Assembly: GCA_963664395.2 (NCBI GenBank)
Contig: OY761159.2
Coordinates: 1,536,001 to 1,600,000 of the forward strand
Direction of reading: 5' to 3'
Length of the DNA stretch: 64,000 bases
From: Candidatus Binatia bacterium
Lineage (GTDB): Bacteria; Desulfobacterota; Binatia; Bin18
Translations under genes and position numbers: made by a program
Shown: positions 19,061-29,658 of the stretch, piece after piece
Layout: each line of letters begins with the position of its first letter
Position numbering within the stretch: position 1 is the first letter of the stretch
The notes under the pieces: generated by a model
Database searches by the model: none
What the model was told of the DNA's origin: nothing
What the model saw: the letters and a program-made list of their open reading frames with translations, nothing else

Positions 19061-20518
19061 ATGAGCCGGATACGCTGGATACGCCTGTTCGGGCTGCTCG
19101 GGCTGCTCTTTGGCCTGTTTGCCGGGGTGGGCTGGTATCTCATGGGTGGCCCCACCCTCTTTGTCCTCCTCCACGCCGGTCTGGCCGCTGTCGGCCTATG
19201 TGGCTGGAGCTGGGGACAGTGGGTTGTTCAGCGAGACCGCTATGCACGGCTCTCCCCCTTTTTTTGGCCGCGCCGCCTGGTGTGGGCCGGGGTGTCCATT
19301 CTCGGCGTACTGGTCGTGATGCTGAGTGGCCAGAAAGTCTGGCTCGATTTGACTCCCGACCGAATGCACAGCCTCACCCCGGCCAGTCTGGCCGTCCTGC
19401 GGACTGTGTCGCAACCAGTCGAGGTCGTGCTGAACCTGTCCGCTCGACGGGAAACCGGAGCGCTGGCGGTGTTGGAGCGCTATCGCCGCGCCTCGGACCT
19501 TATCCGGATCAGGGGCTGGGGTGACCCTGAGCACGCCGTCGCCGAGGCCGTGCTGCCTGGCGAAGGCATTCTTTTGCGTATGGGTGAGCACACGGAATTT
19601 CTGTCGCGCGTGACTGAGGAGGCGGTCACCAATGCCCTTGGCCGCCTGCGTCCGACCCCGCCAAAGCAGGTCTATATTTTGGCCGGCCACGGCGAGCCGG
19701 CCCTTGACGACTCCGGCCCGGCGGGCTTTGCCCAACTCGCCGCCGTCCTCCGCCAAGAGCGCTACCAGCCGCGGCGTCTGGTGTTGGTCAGCACGCTGGC
19801 GATACCGGCTGATGCCGACCTCCTCGTGGTGCCGTCCGGTACCACAGCTCCCCTGGTGGAGGAGCAGGACGAGATCGCCCGGTATCTGCGTTCCGGTGGC
19901 AGGGCCCTCTTTTTTCTCTCTTCGGCTCAGGCGACAGTCTGGCAGGAGCTGTTCGCCGGGCTTGGTATTGTCTGGGACACCCAGTGGCGGACTCAGCGTG
20001 TCGCTGCCCGTCCAGTCATCGGCCATCCCCTTGCCCAGGTCGTGCCCCGCAATAGTGTGGCCCTGCTGTCCGGCTTTTTCCCGCTTCGGGTCTGGGGTGA
20101 GCTGCCTCAGGGGGCTGAGGTGCAGCCCGCCTTGGTCAGTGATGAGTCCGCTCAACTCTCTCCGGCCCTGGCTGCCGCCAGAGCTCCCGGTCAGGGATTT
20201 CTCATATTCGGTATAACCGGGGAATACCCCGCTCCCCAGGCGCCCACCCCGACGCGCCTGGCCATATTCGGAAGCCAGGGCTTTGTGACCAACGCCGGGC
20301 TGTCGCGTCTGGCGAATCAGGACGTGGTGGTCGGGTGTATGCGGTGGCTGACCCAGGCTGCGGGGAGCATACAAATTATGCGGCAACCACGGACACCAAC
20401 GCAGGTGATCGTTGCGCCCGAATCGCTTGAGGACACTTTTGTGTTACTGGTCTTATTCCCGCCGGAACTTATTTTGGTTCTGAGCCTGATTATGCTATGG
20501 AGAAAAGGCCGCATCTAG
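19061..20518 (+). CDS. GldG-like ABC auxiliary protein
   Basis: WLDLTPDRMHSLT, VYILAGHGE, N- and C-terminal TM helices. Confidence 0.8.
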   Translation: MSRIRWIRLFGLLGLLFGLFAGVGWYLMGGPTLFVLLHAGLAAVGLCGWSWGQWVVQRDRYARLSPFFWPRRLVWAGVSILGVLVVMLSGQKVWLDLTPDRMHSLTPASLAVLRTVSQPVEVVLNLSARRETGALAVLERYRRASDLIRIRGWGDPEHAVAEAVLPGEGILLRMGEHTEFLSRVTEEAVTNALGRLRPTPPKQVYILAGHGEPALDDSGPAGFAQLAAVLRQERYQPRRLVLVSTLAIPADADLLVVPSGTTAPLVEEQDEIARYLRSGGRALFFLSSAQATVWQELFAGLGIVWDTQWRTQRVAARPVIGHPLAQVVPRNSVALLSGFFPLRVWGELPQGAEVQPALVSDESAQLSPALAAARAPGQGFLIFGITGEYPAPQAPTPTRLAIFGSQGFVTNAGLSRLANQDVVVGCMRWLTQAAGSIQIMRQPRTPTQVIVAPESLEDTFVLLVLFPPELILVLSLIMLWRKGRI

Positions 20519-20534
20519 TACGACGAGAGTAGGA

Positions 20535-21611
20535 ATGGAGGCCATGGAAGGCGGAGCCGGAAAAGAAGTGCTGCTCGGCGCGTGCTGCCTGGTCGCACTC
20601 CTTGGCTGTCAATCGGCTGGCACACCGGGCACACCGGCCCAGGAGCAGGCCGCAAAACACACCATTTCACGCTACGATCAATACTTTGCTGCAACCGCCC
20701 TGGCAGCCGACCAGATCGTTGCCGTCGGACAAAACGGCAAGATCGTCTTGAGCCGCGACCGGGGCCAGAGCTGGTCTCTCCAGTCTGCCGGCACCGCCCA
20801 GTCGCTCTTTGGGGTGAGTTTTTCGACAGCGCAGGATGGCTGGGTGATCGGGGCGGGTGGCAGCATTTTTCACACGACCGATGGCGGCACCACCTGGTCA
20901 GCCCAAAAGAGCGGGACGGAACACAATCTGTTTGGGATTGCTCTCCTGAATGCCCAGCAGGGCTGGGTCGTCGGCGCGGCGGGCGTGATGCTGAAAACGG
21001 AAGATGGCGGGCGACACTGGCAGGATCGTTCCCTGGGGCAGGATGTCAATCTCAACGCGCTGTATTTTCTCGATGACCGGACCGGCTGGGTTGTGGGAGA
21101 GTACGGAGCGGTGTTGAAAACGCTGGACGGTGGGCAGACGTGGGAACAGGTCGCCGGCCAAATCCCAGACGCCGGTGGAGAGGAATTGTCCTGGGAAGAA
21201 CTCATGGCGGCCGACGATATTGGGGCCGGAGGGGTGAGTACCGTAACCCTGGGAGGCTTGGGGGAGGAAGATATTCTCTTTGGGGTCTACTTTGCCGACC
21301 AGGAGCGGGGCTGGGCACCGTCTACGGGCGGGCGGATTTTTTTGAGCGCGAACGGCGGGCGACACTGGGAGGTGCAGCAGACCGGCTATGAGGCGCCGCT
21401 TTTCGCTGTCGGGTCTGCGTGTCCCACCTGTCCGCTCTACGCCTGTGGCGGCAGGGGGCTGGTGCTTCAGTCGACTGATGGTGGGCATACGTGGAGCAAG
21501 GTCGGCCTGGCCAGACCCGTGTACTCGTATCTGCGCGATCTGGTCTTTCCCGGACAGGGTGAACCCTTCTTCGTTGGCACGCAAGGCACGCTGGTTGGAG
21601 CAGGAGTATAG
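20535..21611 (+). CDS. YCF48/BNR-repeat beta-propeller lipoprotein
   Basis: Lipobox LLGC; repeated T/S-x-D-G-G-x-T-W motifs. Confidence 0.88.
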   Translation: MEAMEGGAGKEVLLGACCLVALLGCQSAGTPGTPAQEQAAKHTISRYDQYFAATALAADQIVAVGQNGKIVLSRDRGQSWSLQSAGTAQSLFGVSFSTAQDGWVIGAGGSIFHTTDGGTTWSAQKSGTEHNLFGIALLNAQQGWVVGAAGVMLKTEDGGRHWQDRSLGQDVNLNALYFLDDRTGWVVGEYGAVLKTLDGGQTWEQVAGQIPDAGGEELSWEELMAADDIGAGGVSTVTLGGLGEEDILFGVYFADQERGWAPSTGGRIFLSANGGRHWEVQQTGYEAPLFAVGSACPTCPLYACGGRGLVLQSTDGGHTWSKVGLARPVYSYLRDLVFPGQGEPFFVGTQGTLVGAGV

Positions 21612-21713
21612 CTGGTCATTTAGAGTAGAAGCGTGAGGCAGGGCAGCCGTCAGCCGAGGGACGGGTTACCGCAGGCTACTGATTCGGACAACGGGCAGCG
21701 AGGAGGGGAGGGC

Positions 21714-24125
21714 ATGTCTGCACAGGAATCCGGTATCCATCAGACCGAGCCTCGCTTTGTCGGCGCACTCATGCGCTACCGTCTGCCCATCCTCGGGCTG
21801 ATTTTTGCGCTGACGGTCCTCTTTGCCGCACAATTGCCCCACCTCAGGATGTATAGTGAATTCAACGATCTCCTGCCGCAGAACCATGCCTATATCCAAC
21901 TCCATAACGAGGTGCGCGATATCTTTGGCGGCGCCAACATCGTGATCTTGGCCGTCGAGGTCGAAAGCGGTGATATTTTTCGGCCCGAGGTACTGGAAAC
22001 CTTGTACCACATTACCCAAGAAGTCGATCTGCTGCCTGGGGTGGACCACAATCAAATCGCTTCCTTAACCCACCAAAAAGTCCGTAAGATCTGGATTACG
22101 GACACGGGGATGGTGCTGTCCGAGTCGTTCTATGAGCCGCAGAACCCGCCTCGCGGAGACGGGCTCGACCGGCTGCGCGAGGACGTCGTCTCGAGTCCGC
22201 GCGTGTATGGGCGCTTGGTTGCGCCGAATTTACGTTCGGCCCTGGTGACCGCCCATTTTCACGAGGGCCAGCTTGACTATGAACGGATTTTTGCCGGCTT
22301 GCAAAAGATCCGCTCCCAATACAGCCGGCCCGGGGTACGAATCTATGCGACCGGTCAGCCTGTCCTGATGGGCTGGGTGTATTACTATCTGGATGAACTG
22401 CTCCTGATCTTCTCGCTGACCGGCGGCGTCATCATCTCGCTGCTGACGTATTATTTTCGTCGTCTCTTCGGGGTATTGGTACCCTTGCTGTGCGCCACGC
22501 TGAGCGCCATTTGGGGACTCGGGTTCTGTGCGTTCATGGGTTATAACCTCGACCCGCTCACCCTGGTCATCCCGGTGTTGGTGTCCGCGCGGGCCATCAG
22601 CCATGCCGTGCAGTTCGTCGAGCGCTTTTACGAAGAGCTGGAGCACTTGAGGGATCGGGAGGCGGCAAGTCGGGCGACGATGGCCGAAATGTGCCTGCCC
22701 GGCTTACTCGGTGTGGTGACCGACGCCACCGGTCTGGTGCTGATTGCGGTCGGAGCGTTCCCGCTCAACACCAAACTCGCGTTTTACAGTACCTTCTGGG
22801 CGGCGAGCATTGCCGCCACGGTCATCCTGCTGGTGCCCTTGCTGCTGGTCTCCTTGCCCCTGCCGCGAGACCTGCGGCTGAAGCATAATGCCCTGCGGCG
22901 GATACTACCGGCTATTGCCCGGGTGTGTACGCAGCGGGGCGCGGCGAAAGTGATTGTCGGGCTGTCGGCCGTGCTGCTCGTGCTGGGGTTATACGCGAGT
23001 TCCTGGCTGGTGGTAGGGACCGCGCGGCCCGGTTCGCCCATCCTCTATCCGGACGCGGACTATAACATGTCGGCGGCGATGATTAACCGGGAGTTTCCCG
23101 GCTCCGAAGAGTTGTTCGTGGTCGTGGAAACGCCTCAGCAGGGCAATATCAAAGACCCCCGCGTCTTGCGCTATCTGGAGAAGTTCCAGCAGTATATGCT
23201 GGACGACCCCGAGGTGGGTGGTACGAAATCCATTGTTGATCTGGTCAAACTGGTCAACCAGATCAACCACCACGACGACCCGAAGTGGGCCCAGATTCCC
23301 CACGATGCCGCGTTTGTGGGCGGCGTATTGTTTTCCTATATGGCCTCGGCGCCCATTCCGGGTAGCCTGGACGAGTATATTGACGCCCATGAGCGCCGGG
23401 CGAATGTTGTGTTTTACTATAAAGACCATCGGGGCCCGACCATCGCCCGGGCGATTGAGCGGGTCAATGCCTTTCTCACCGCCTTCCCGCCGGACGGCGT
23501 GACCCTGCGTCTGGCCGGTGGGCTGATGGGAGTCACGGCGGCCATGAATGAGGAAATCATCGCCTCCAACCTCACGATCACGACGCTCGTCTTCGTGGCC
23601 GTCTTTTGCCTGATGACCGCCGGCTATCGCTCGCTGGTGGCGGCGGTTCTCGTGTCCGCCCCGCTCGCTCTGGCGACGATCTCCGGGGAGGCCTTTCTCG
23701 CCCTGATGGGCGTCGGCCTCAATGTCAATACCGCGCCGGTAGTCGCGGTGGGCATTGGCGTAGGCGTTGATTATGCTATCTATCTAATGGATCGGATTAA
23801 GCAGGAGTACGCCCGATTAGGGGACCTCCAAGCGGCGGCCCAGGAGGCGATCTCCACCGCCGGGATGGCGGTCACCTTCACGGCCAGTACTCTGGTGGGC
23901 GGCATCATCTTTTGGGCGTTTCTTTCGAGTCTCCGCTTTCAGGCCGAGATGAGCCTGTTATTATCGGTTCTTATGGTGGCAAATATGATCGGCGCGATGC
24001 TCCTCTTACCGGCGCTGACCGTCCTGGTTCGACCCGCGTTTATCGTCCAGGCCGAAGGAGTAAGCGAAAAAGGGAAGGGCCGCGTCAATACTACACCAGC
24101 ACAAGAAGCAGGAGGGATAGGTTAG
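21714..24125 (+). CDS. RND/MMPL-family membrane transporter
   Basis: Two-fold repeated TM architecture; IGVGVDYAIY; SD GGAGG before ATG. Confidence 0.9.
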   Translation: MSAQESGIHQTEPRFVGALMRYRLPILGLIFALTVLFAAQLPHLRMYSEFNDLLPQNHAYIQLHNEVRDIFGGANIVILAVEVESGDIFRPEVLETLYHITQEVDLLPGVDHNQIASLTHQKVRKIWITDTGMVLSESFYEPQNPPRGDGLDRLREDVVSSPRVYGRLVAPNLRSALVTAHFHEGQLDYERIFAGLQKIRSQYSRPGVRIYATGQPVLMGWVYYYLDELLLIFSLTGGVIISLLTYYFRRLFGVLVPLLCATLSAIWGLGFCAFMGYNLDPLTLVIPVLVSARAISHAVQFVERFYEELEHLRDREAASRATMAEMCLPGLLGVVTDATGLVLIAVGAFPLNTKLAFYSTFWAASIAATVILLVPLLLVSLPLPRDLRLKHNALRRILPAIARVCTQRGAAKVIVGLSAVLLVLGLYASSWLVVGTARPGSPILYPDADYNMSAAMINREFPGSEELFVVVETPQQGNIKDPRVLRYLEKFQQYMLDDPEVGGTKSIVDLVKLVNQINHHDDPKWAQIPHDAAFVGGVLFSYMASAPIPGSLDEYIDAHERRANVVFYYKDHRGPTIARAIERVNAFLTAFPPDGVTLRLAGGLMGVTAAMNEEIIASNLTITTLVFVAVFCLMTAGYRSLVAAVLVSAPLALATISGEAFLALMGVGLNVNTAPVVAVGIGVGVDYAIYLMDRIKQEYARLGDLQAAAQEAISTAGMAVTFTASTLVGGIIFWAFLSSLRFQAEMSLLLSVLMVANMIGAMLLLPALTVLVRPAFIVQAEGVSEKGKGRVNTTPAQEAGGIG

Positions 24126-24239
24126 CAGCAGCAAGGAGTGGGGAATAACGACGGGGCCGAGTCGAATAGCGTCCGGAGTCAGACAACGCGACTCAGTGTG
24201 ACTCAGGCCTCAACACTGTCAGGGAAAGGAGGGACCACC

Positions 24240-26003
24240 GTGAGTATCAGAAGAAGGGCGAGCCTTTGGCCGCTCGTCGTCACCACGTTCTTCTTGGGAA
24301 CCACTTTGGGATTCAATCCGTCGGTCGTCTGGGCTATTGAGACGACGATCGCCGGGAAATCTGTCAGGGTGAATGGCTTCGTCGAGTCTCTGAATATTTT
24401 CCGTTCCGAAGACTTTAACGACAGTCCCGAGCTCACCCAAAACCGGAACACAGCTGAACTTGAGGTCGATATCGAACTGCTGAACGATTGGAGCCCGCTT
24501 GCCTTCTGGACCGTCTTCTTTGACGGTCGTTTTTCCTACGATGGGGTCTACGACCTGAACGACAACGAATTCGGTAATGATGCCGGGGGGCGCTTACCGG
24601 GGCTGCCCGATCAGATCCCCGGTTTTGGTCCGAACCGGGGGTTTCGTCTGCTGGGGAAACCCCCGTTGCAGTTCGCCGTCCCGGTGCGGCCGGATGACCC
24701 GCGCGGGAGACTGTCCGGCTATATGGCCGACGACCTTGACGATCTCCGCTATCGTTTTGAGCTCCGGGAGATGTATACCGACCTGGAATTCGAGGATGTC
24801 TTCGGGACGGGGGATAATATTTTCCTGCGTATCGGCAAACAGCCCATCGTGTGGGGCCGCGCCGATTTGTTTCGCCTGCTCGATGTCATCAACCCGGTGG
24901 ACTATGGCCGGCACCTCTTTATCGAAGACTATGAGCTGATCCGCAAACCCTTGTGGGCGACCCAGGCGGTGTGGAAGTTCGGACCGGTCGGCCCCTTTGC
25001 CGACCTGAACCTGGAGTTTGACTGGATCTGGCAGGAATTTGAGTTTGCGGATTTGGGTCAGGGCGGGACGCCCCATCCCATTCTCGGGGCCGGCGACTTC
25101 TTCCGAGCCAATAAACTCCTTTTCGATCAGGGCGGGTTTCTCTTTGTGGACGGACAGCCGATTGGGATCGATCCGGCGACCGGCGCGCCCTTGCCCTACG
25201 CCTTTGGCGGCGCGGCTTTTCCCCCCGGCGTGGTTGGCGTCCGGGGCGTGCATAAGCCGACGAACAAGCTCGGCAATAATCAGTTCGGGGTCCGGGTCGA
25301 GGGCGTGTATGGCGAGGTCGGCTTCTCGCTCAACTATTTTCACGGCCGGCAACAACTGCCCTCCTTGCGCGGGCTGGCCCCGAACTTCATCCCCGCCGGT
25401 GCGATCCATTTCCCGACCATCGAGGTTTTGGGCGGTTCGGCCGACTGGGCCGATCACTGGACGGGTTCAACCTGGCGCTTTGAGTTCACCCGCACGCACG
25501 GCGAAGAGTTTCCGAACACGCTCAGCCCGCGTCTCTTCAAGCAGTCGGATACCGTGCGCTATCTGTTTGGGTGGGACCGGCCCACTTTTCTGCACGCGCT
25601 GAACCCGTACCGGACGTTTGTCTTCTCGGGTCAGGCCTTCTTTACGCATCTGATCCATCACGAGAGTTCCGGGTCGCGCCGAGGGATGCCCGACCCGGAT
25701 ATGAATGTGGTCTTTACGCTCTTGGTTCAAGGCTTCTATATGTCAGACCGGATCATTCCTCAGATCGCCCAGGCCTATGACTACCGTGGCAACGGCTATC
25801 TGCTCTTATCCAATGTGCAGTTCATTTGGACCGACCATATCGATTTTACCCTGGGCTCGAATTTTTTCTTTGGCAAGCAGAAGAAGTTTGATACGCTGCT
25901 GGGCTTTCCCTCGGAGGAGCCGTTCGGGCGCTTCCGCGAAGGAGTTATCAGCACGTTTCGTGACCGGCACGAATTCTTTTTCAAGGTGCGCTATCGATTC
26001 TAG
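24240..26003 (+). CDS. DUF1302-family outer membrane beta-barrel
   Basis: LREMYTD, RIGKQPIVWGRAD, DVINPVD; C-terminal VRYRF; context; start approximate. Confidence 0.75.
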   Translation: MSIRRRASLWPLVVTTFFLGTTLGFNPSVVWAIETTIAGKSVRVNGFVESLNIFRSEDFNDSPELTQNRNTAELEVDIELLNDWSPLAFWTVFFDGRFSYDGVYDLNDNEFGNDAGGRLPGLPDQIPGFGPNRGFRLLGKPPLQFAVPVRPDDPRGRLSGYMADDLDDLRYRFELREMYTDLEFEDVFGTGDNIFLRIGKQPIVWGRADLFRLLDVINPVDYGRHLFIEDYELIRKPLWATQAVWKFGPVGPFADLNLEFDWIWQEFEFADLGQGGTPHPILGAGDFFRANKLLFDQGGFLFVDGQPIGIDPATGAPLPYAFGGAAFPPGVVGVRGVHKPTNKLGNNQFGVRVEGVYGEVGFSLNYFHGRQQLPSLRGLAPNFIPAGAIHFPTIEVLGGSADWADHWTGSTWRFEFTRTHGEEFPNTLSPRLFKQSDTVRYLFGWDRPTFLHALNPYRTFVFSGQAFFTHLIHHESSGSRRGMPDPDMNVVFTLLVQGFYMSDRIIPQIAQAYDYRGNGYLLLSNVQFIWTDHIDFTLGSNFFFGKQKKFDTLLGFPSEEPFGRFREGVISTFRDRHEFFFKVRYRF

Positions 26004-26038
26004 GCAGGCGTTGAGCGACGACACAGAAGGAGGGTGTG

Positions 26039-27394
26039 ATGAACAAGGACGCTCAGAATAGCAGAAGATATTTTCGTACGTATGCGGCCATTATGGTGTG
26101 TGCGCTGCTCGGCACGGCCGGCTGGCCGGCTGCGGTGTGGGCCGAGTTATCCGAGGATACGATTCAGGAAACCTTCTATCCCTACCGTCACGGCGCTCCC
26201 CAGGTACCAGGGATCGAGCCGGGTGTGGTGATCAACCAGAGCAACTGGGAGGTGGCCAAGGAGGTCATGTATCCCGAGTATCTCGATCTCGTCAAAAAGG
26301 GCTGGGTGGAGATCAAGGTCGGCGAGACCATACCTTTTAGCCTGCCTGAGGAATATGTCGAGGCGACTCGGAAATATGCCGAGCAAGTGACGCTTTCGCC
26401 CGAGGGCTATTTACAGAATTATGTCGCCGGACTCGCCTTTCCTGGGCAACCCGACCCCAGCGATCCGCAGGCTGGTATCAAGCTGGCGTGGAGTTTTAAG
26501 CGCGGCTTTAACTGGGGCGATAATGCCTGCATCTGCCCCTTCTACTGGTCCTTCGTCAAAGGGGACGGCACGATCGAGAAGACCATCAACTTCGATTTTT
26601 ACTTTCTCAACTTCAAACATCGGGTCAGACACGACCCGATACCCGAGGTCTTGCCCAACCCCCAGGATTTGTTTCGCGGCATCTATGCCCGGGTGTACGA
26701 ACCTTTTGACCTCAAGGATACCCAGGTCTTGATCTGGCAGTATGAGGACGAGCGCAAACGCGACGACTCGTGGCTGTATCTCGGGTTTCAGCGCCGTGTC
26801 CGGCGTCTGTCCCAGGAACAGCGGGCCGATTCGTTCCTGGGAACCAACATCTTTGTTGATGATTTTGAGGGCTACGAGGGCCGGGTCACCGATATGAACT
26901 GGGAGTATAAGGGCGAAAAAATCCTGTTGATGCCCATGTATAAGCATAACGAAATGGAATTCAAGCTGCCCGATTATCCGATCTCCGGTAACACCGATAA
27001 CGAGGGCTATCATTACATCGAGTTCGGTGGTCGAGCCGGATGGTTCCCCAATATTACCTGGCAACTGCGCAAGGTCTACGTTATCGAGGTGACGCCGAAG
27101 GACCCGGCCTATCCGTATTCCAAACGGGTGTGGTTCCAAGACGCGGAACAGTACACGAACCCGCTGAGCTTTATCTACGATCGCAAGGGTGACCTGTGGA
27201 AGATCTTTGTGATTGGCAAATCCCATCCGGATTACCATCTGCCGGTCAATCAGGGGGCGGGTGCCAACATCGACAACTCGGTCCATATGATTGATGTCCA
27301 GCGCGATCATGCCACCCTGCTACGTTTTAAGGGCCATATTGAAAAGCAGCGCCCCGAGCTGTTTACCGTACAAAACCTGCGGCAGGGCCGCTAG
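26039..27394 (+). CDS. DUF1329-family periplasmic protein
   Basis: DSWLYLGFQRRVRR, YPYSKRVWF, YDRKGDLWK; signal peptide. Confidence 0.85.
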   Translation: MNKDAQNSRRYFRTYAAIMVCALLGTAGWPAAVWAELSEDTIQETFYPYRHGAPQVPGIEPGVVINQSNWEVAKEVMYPEYLDLVKKGWVEIKVGETIPFSLPEEYVEATRKYAEQVTLSPEGYLQNYVAGLAFPGQPDPSDPQAGIKLAWSFKRGFNWGDNACICPFYWSFVKGDGTIEKTINFDFYFLNFKHRVRHDPIPEVLPNPQDLFRGIYARVYEPFDLKDTQVLIWQYEDERKRDDSWLYLGFQRRVRRLSQEQRADSFLGTNIFVDDFEGYEGRVTDMNWEYKGEKILLMPMYKHNEMEFKLPDYPISGNTDNEGYHYIEFGGRAGWFPNITWQLRKVYVIEVTPKDPAYPYSKRVWFQDAEQYTNPLSFIYDRKGDLWKIFVIGKSHPDYHLPVNQGAGANIDNSVHMIDVQRDHATLLRFKGHIEKQRPELFTVQNLRQGR

Positions 27395-27404
27395 GAAAAA
27401 AGCG

Positions 27405-27441
27405 GGCCTCAGACGCCTGCCTTGGTCACGCGTCTGAGGCC
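27405..27441. terminator. Hairpin between convergent genes
   Basis: GGCCTCAGACGC...GCGTCTGAGGCC, preceded by an A-run. Confidence 0.75.
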
Positions 27442-27445
27442 GTTC

Positions 27446-29623
27446 TCAAAATCGGTAGGTGTAGCGTACCTTGAAGCGGCCCTCGCGGCCGATGGAGCGG
27501 AAGCCGCTCTCCTCGGCGTCCAGCCAGCGCTGGTTGAAGACCAGAAATATGTCATTGCCCGGTTCGATGATCCAGCGGATGCGCGTGCTGAGGCTGAACA
27601 CGTCCGACACGTTGTCATACTGGATCAGGCTGAACCAGGACAGGTTGGGGTTGACGGCCACATCCAGCCGCAGCCGCAACAGCCGCACGATGAAGTTGCC
27701 TTCGGGCAGCCGGACATCGTTCTGTTGGTATTCAGGGCTCAGGAACAGCCGCGGGCCGGGCTGGAAATTGAGACGCAGTATCCAGCTCTCCCGCCTGCCG
27801 CTGTAATAGTCGCCCCAGTAGTGGGCCAGACTGGCCGACAGTTTGCGTTTATCCGCGGTCTCGGCCTGGGCCATATAGCGGCGGAAGGTGTAGCGGTCGG
27901 GCGCCAGGCTGACGCCACGGCTGATCTCAAAATCTTCGGTCAGACGTTCAAACTGCTGCCAGGTCCGAAACATGAGCGTATCGCCGCTCTCAAAGCGCCA
28001 CTCGCAGGGAAAAACGATATTACGGGTGAGGAGTTGGTTCGTAGCCTGGTCGGTAATATAATTGCCGTCAAAGGCGCACGCGACTTGCCGCGTGCTCCGG
28101 TGCTTGGGACGGGGCGCCGCCTGGACGAACCAGCCAAACCGCCGAATGCCCGTACGCGGCACAAAGCCCAGGCTGGCTTCAAAATCCCGTTGCACCTCGC
28201 GATAGGTACCGAATATATTCCACGTATCGTTGGGAAGATTGATCTGACCACCCCAGGCCCAGTTCTTGCGCGCTGTCGGACGAAAACTCTTTAACACAAA
28301 CGAAGAGACGGTGAGATTTCTCGTTCCCAGAAACCTGGTTGTTTTATACAGGAAGTCGTGTCCGTACAGGCCGCTCGCGTCCCCGTTCTCCGGTGTCCGA
28401 CGGGTCGCGATCAGGCCCAGCGACGCCTGTTCCCCGAGGTCGCGCTTGAGCCGGACCACGCTGAAATTCTCGCCCGGTACGGGATCGCGTTCCTGGGTCT
28501 GGGCGCTGAGTATCCCCAGGGAATACTTGCCAACCCGGCCGCTGAGTTTCGCGCCGCCGATCAGATCAACCGGTTTGCCGTCGTCGGCAATACCGACGCG
28601 CCGGCTGAAAAATGGAATAATCACCAACGGACCCGAGGTCGGGGTCAGTCCGTCAACCGCAAAATTGGGCGCGTCCTCCAGAAAGAACTGCCGCTTTTCG
28701 GGAAAGAAGAGTGAAAATCGCGTCAGGTTGACCTGGGCGTCGTCCGTCTCGGCTTCGGAAAAATCGGTATTGAGCGTCAGGCTGAGTGTCAGGCCGGGGC
28801 TGGGTTTGTAGAACAGGTCAAAACCCGGCTTAAAGGACGCGGCATCGCGGCGCACCTCGGTGGTCAGAAAAGGCGAAAAATCGATCCCCAGGCCCTGGGA
28901 CCTACCGTGCAGTCCGGTGAGTTGGCCGGCGCGCGAGACCCGGTTGAAGTTCAGGTTCTGGAGGTAGCCGCTCCAGACCGTTTCTTCGTTCACCCGCTTG
29001 ATGATGCGCTGGACGTTGAAGCCCCAGCTTGATTGTCCCGGGGCATAGCTCAGGGTCTGAAACGGAATTTCAAATTCCGCGCTCCAGCCGCTCGGCGAGC
29101 GCGCGGTCTTCACGTTCCAGATGCCGTTCCAGTCCCGGTTTTCGGTCTCACCCTCGTCGCCGATGAGTTCATCCACTCGCGCGCCAACCGAGTTGGTTTG
29201 AAATTTGAACGCATTGCGATGATCCGAAAACGTATCGAACAAAAGCGTCACCCGATCGTCGGCGGCCAGATCCGCGTCCCGGTTGAAGCGGGTGGCAACC
29301 GCCGCACTCACGTCCGAGTCGTGACAGCGCACCCCGACGTAGAGATGGGTCGCCGTGTACAGGACGCGCACCTCGGTCGGCTGGGAGGCCGGGGCGCCTT
29401 CGTCAGGTTCGCGTTGGCGGAAGTCGTCGCCGACCGGCGCACTTTGCCAGGCCGGCTCGTTCAGCCGACCGTCGAGGATAATGGACTGGGGAATCCGCAC
29501 GGCCTGCAACGCGACCGGAGCCAGCACCGAGACCTCCATATCCTCAAGGGGAATGGGCTGGAGGGTACGCCTGGCCGGCGACGCTGGCGTATCGGCCGCG
29601 GCCGTGGCGGTCAGCGCCAGCAC
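27446..29623 (-). CDS. CBM9-like + DUF5916 outer membrane protein
   Basis: LDGRLNEPAW, FRQREPDEGAPA, NTDFSEAETD, FFPEKRQFFLE; C-terminal YTYRF; true start may be nearer 29662. Confidence 0.85.
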   Translation of the reverse strand: MLALTATAAADTPASPARRTLQPIPLEDMEVSVLAPVALQAVRIPQSIILDGRLNEPAWQSAPVGDDFRQREPDEGAPASQPTEVRVLYTATHLYVGVRCHDSDVSAAVATRFNRDADLAADDRVTLLFDTFSDHRNAFKFQTNSVGARVDELIGDEGETENRDWNGIWNVKTARSPSGWSAEFEIPFQTLSYAPGQSSWGFNVQRIIKRVNEETVWSGYLQNLNFNRVSRAGQLTGLHGRSQGLGIDFSPFLTTEVRRDAASFKPGFDLFYKPSPGLTLSLTLNTDFSEAETDDAQVNLTRFSLFFPEKRQFFLEDAPNFAVDGLTPTSGPLVIIPFFSRRVGIADDGKPVDLIGGAKLSGRVGKYSLGILSAQTQERDPVPGENFSVVRLKRDLGEQASLGLIATRRTPENGDASGLYGHDFLYKTTRFLGTRNLTVSSFVLKSFRPTARKNWAWGGQINLPNDTWNIFGTYREVQRDFEASLGFVPRTGIRRFGWFVQAAPRPKHRSTRQVACAFDGNYITDQATNQLLTRNIVFPCEWRFESGDTLMFRTWQQFERLTEDFEISRGVSLAPDRYTFRRYMAQAETADKRKLSASLAHYWGDYYSGRRESWILRLNFQPGPRLFLSPEYQQNDVRLPEGNFIVRLLRLRLDVAVNPNLSWFSLIQYDNVSDVFSLSTRIRWIIEPGNDIFLVFNQRWLDAEESGFRSIGREGRFKVRYTYRF

Positions 29624-29658
29624 GACCAGGGTCGCGGTGAGCAGAGAGATGCGCGGCT

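Noticed and set aside
19196-20386. 396-aa minus-strand ORF
   Set aside because: Antisense shadow of the GldG-like gene.
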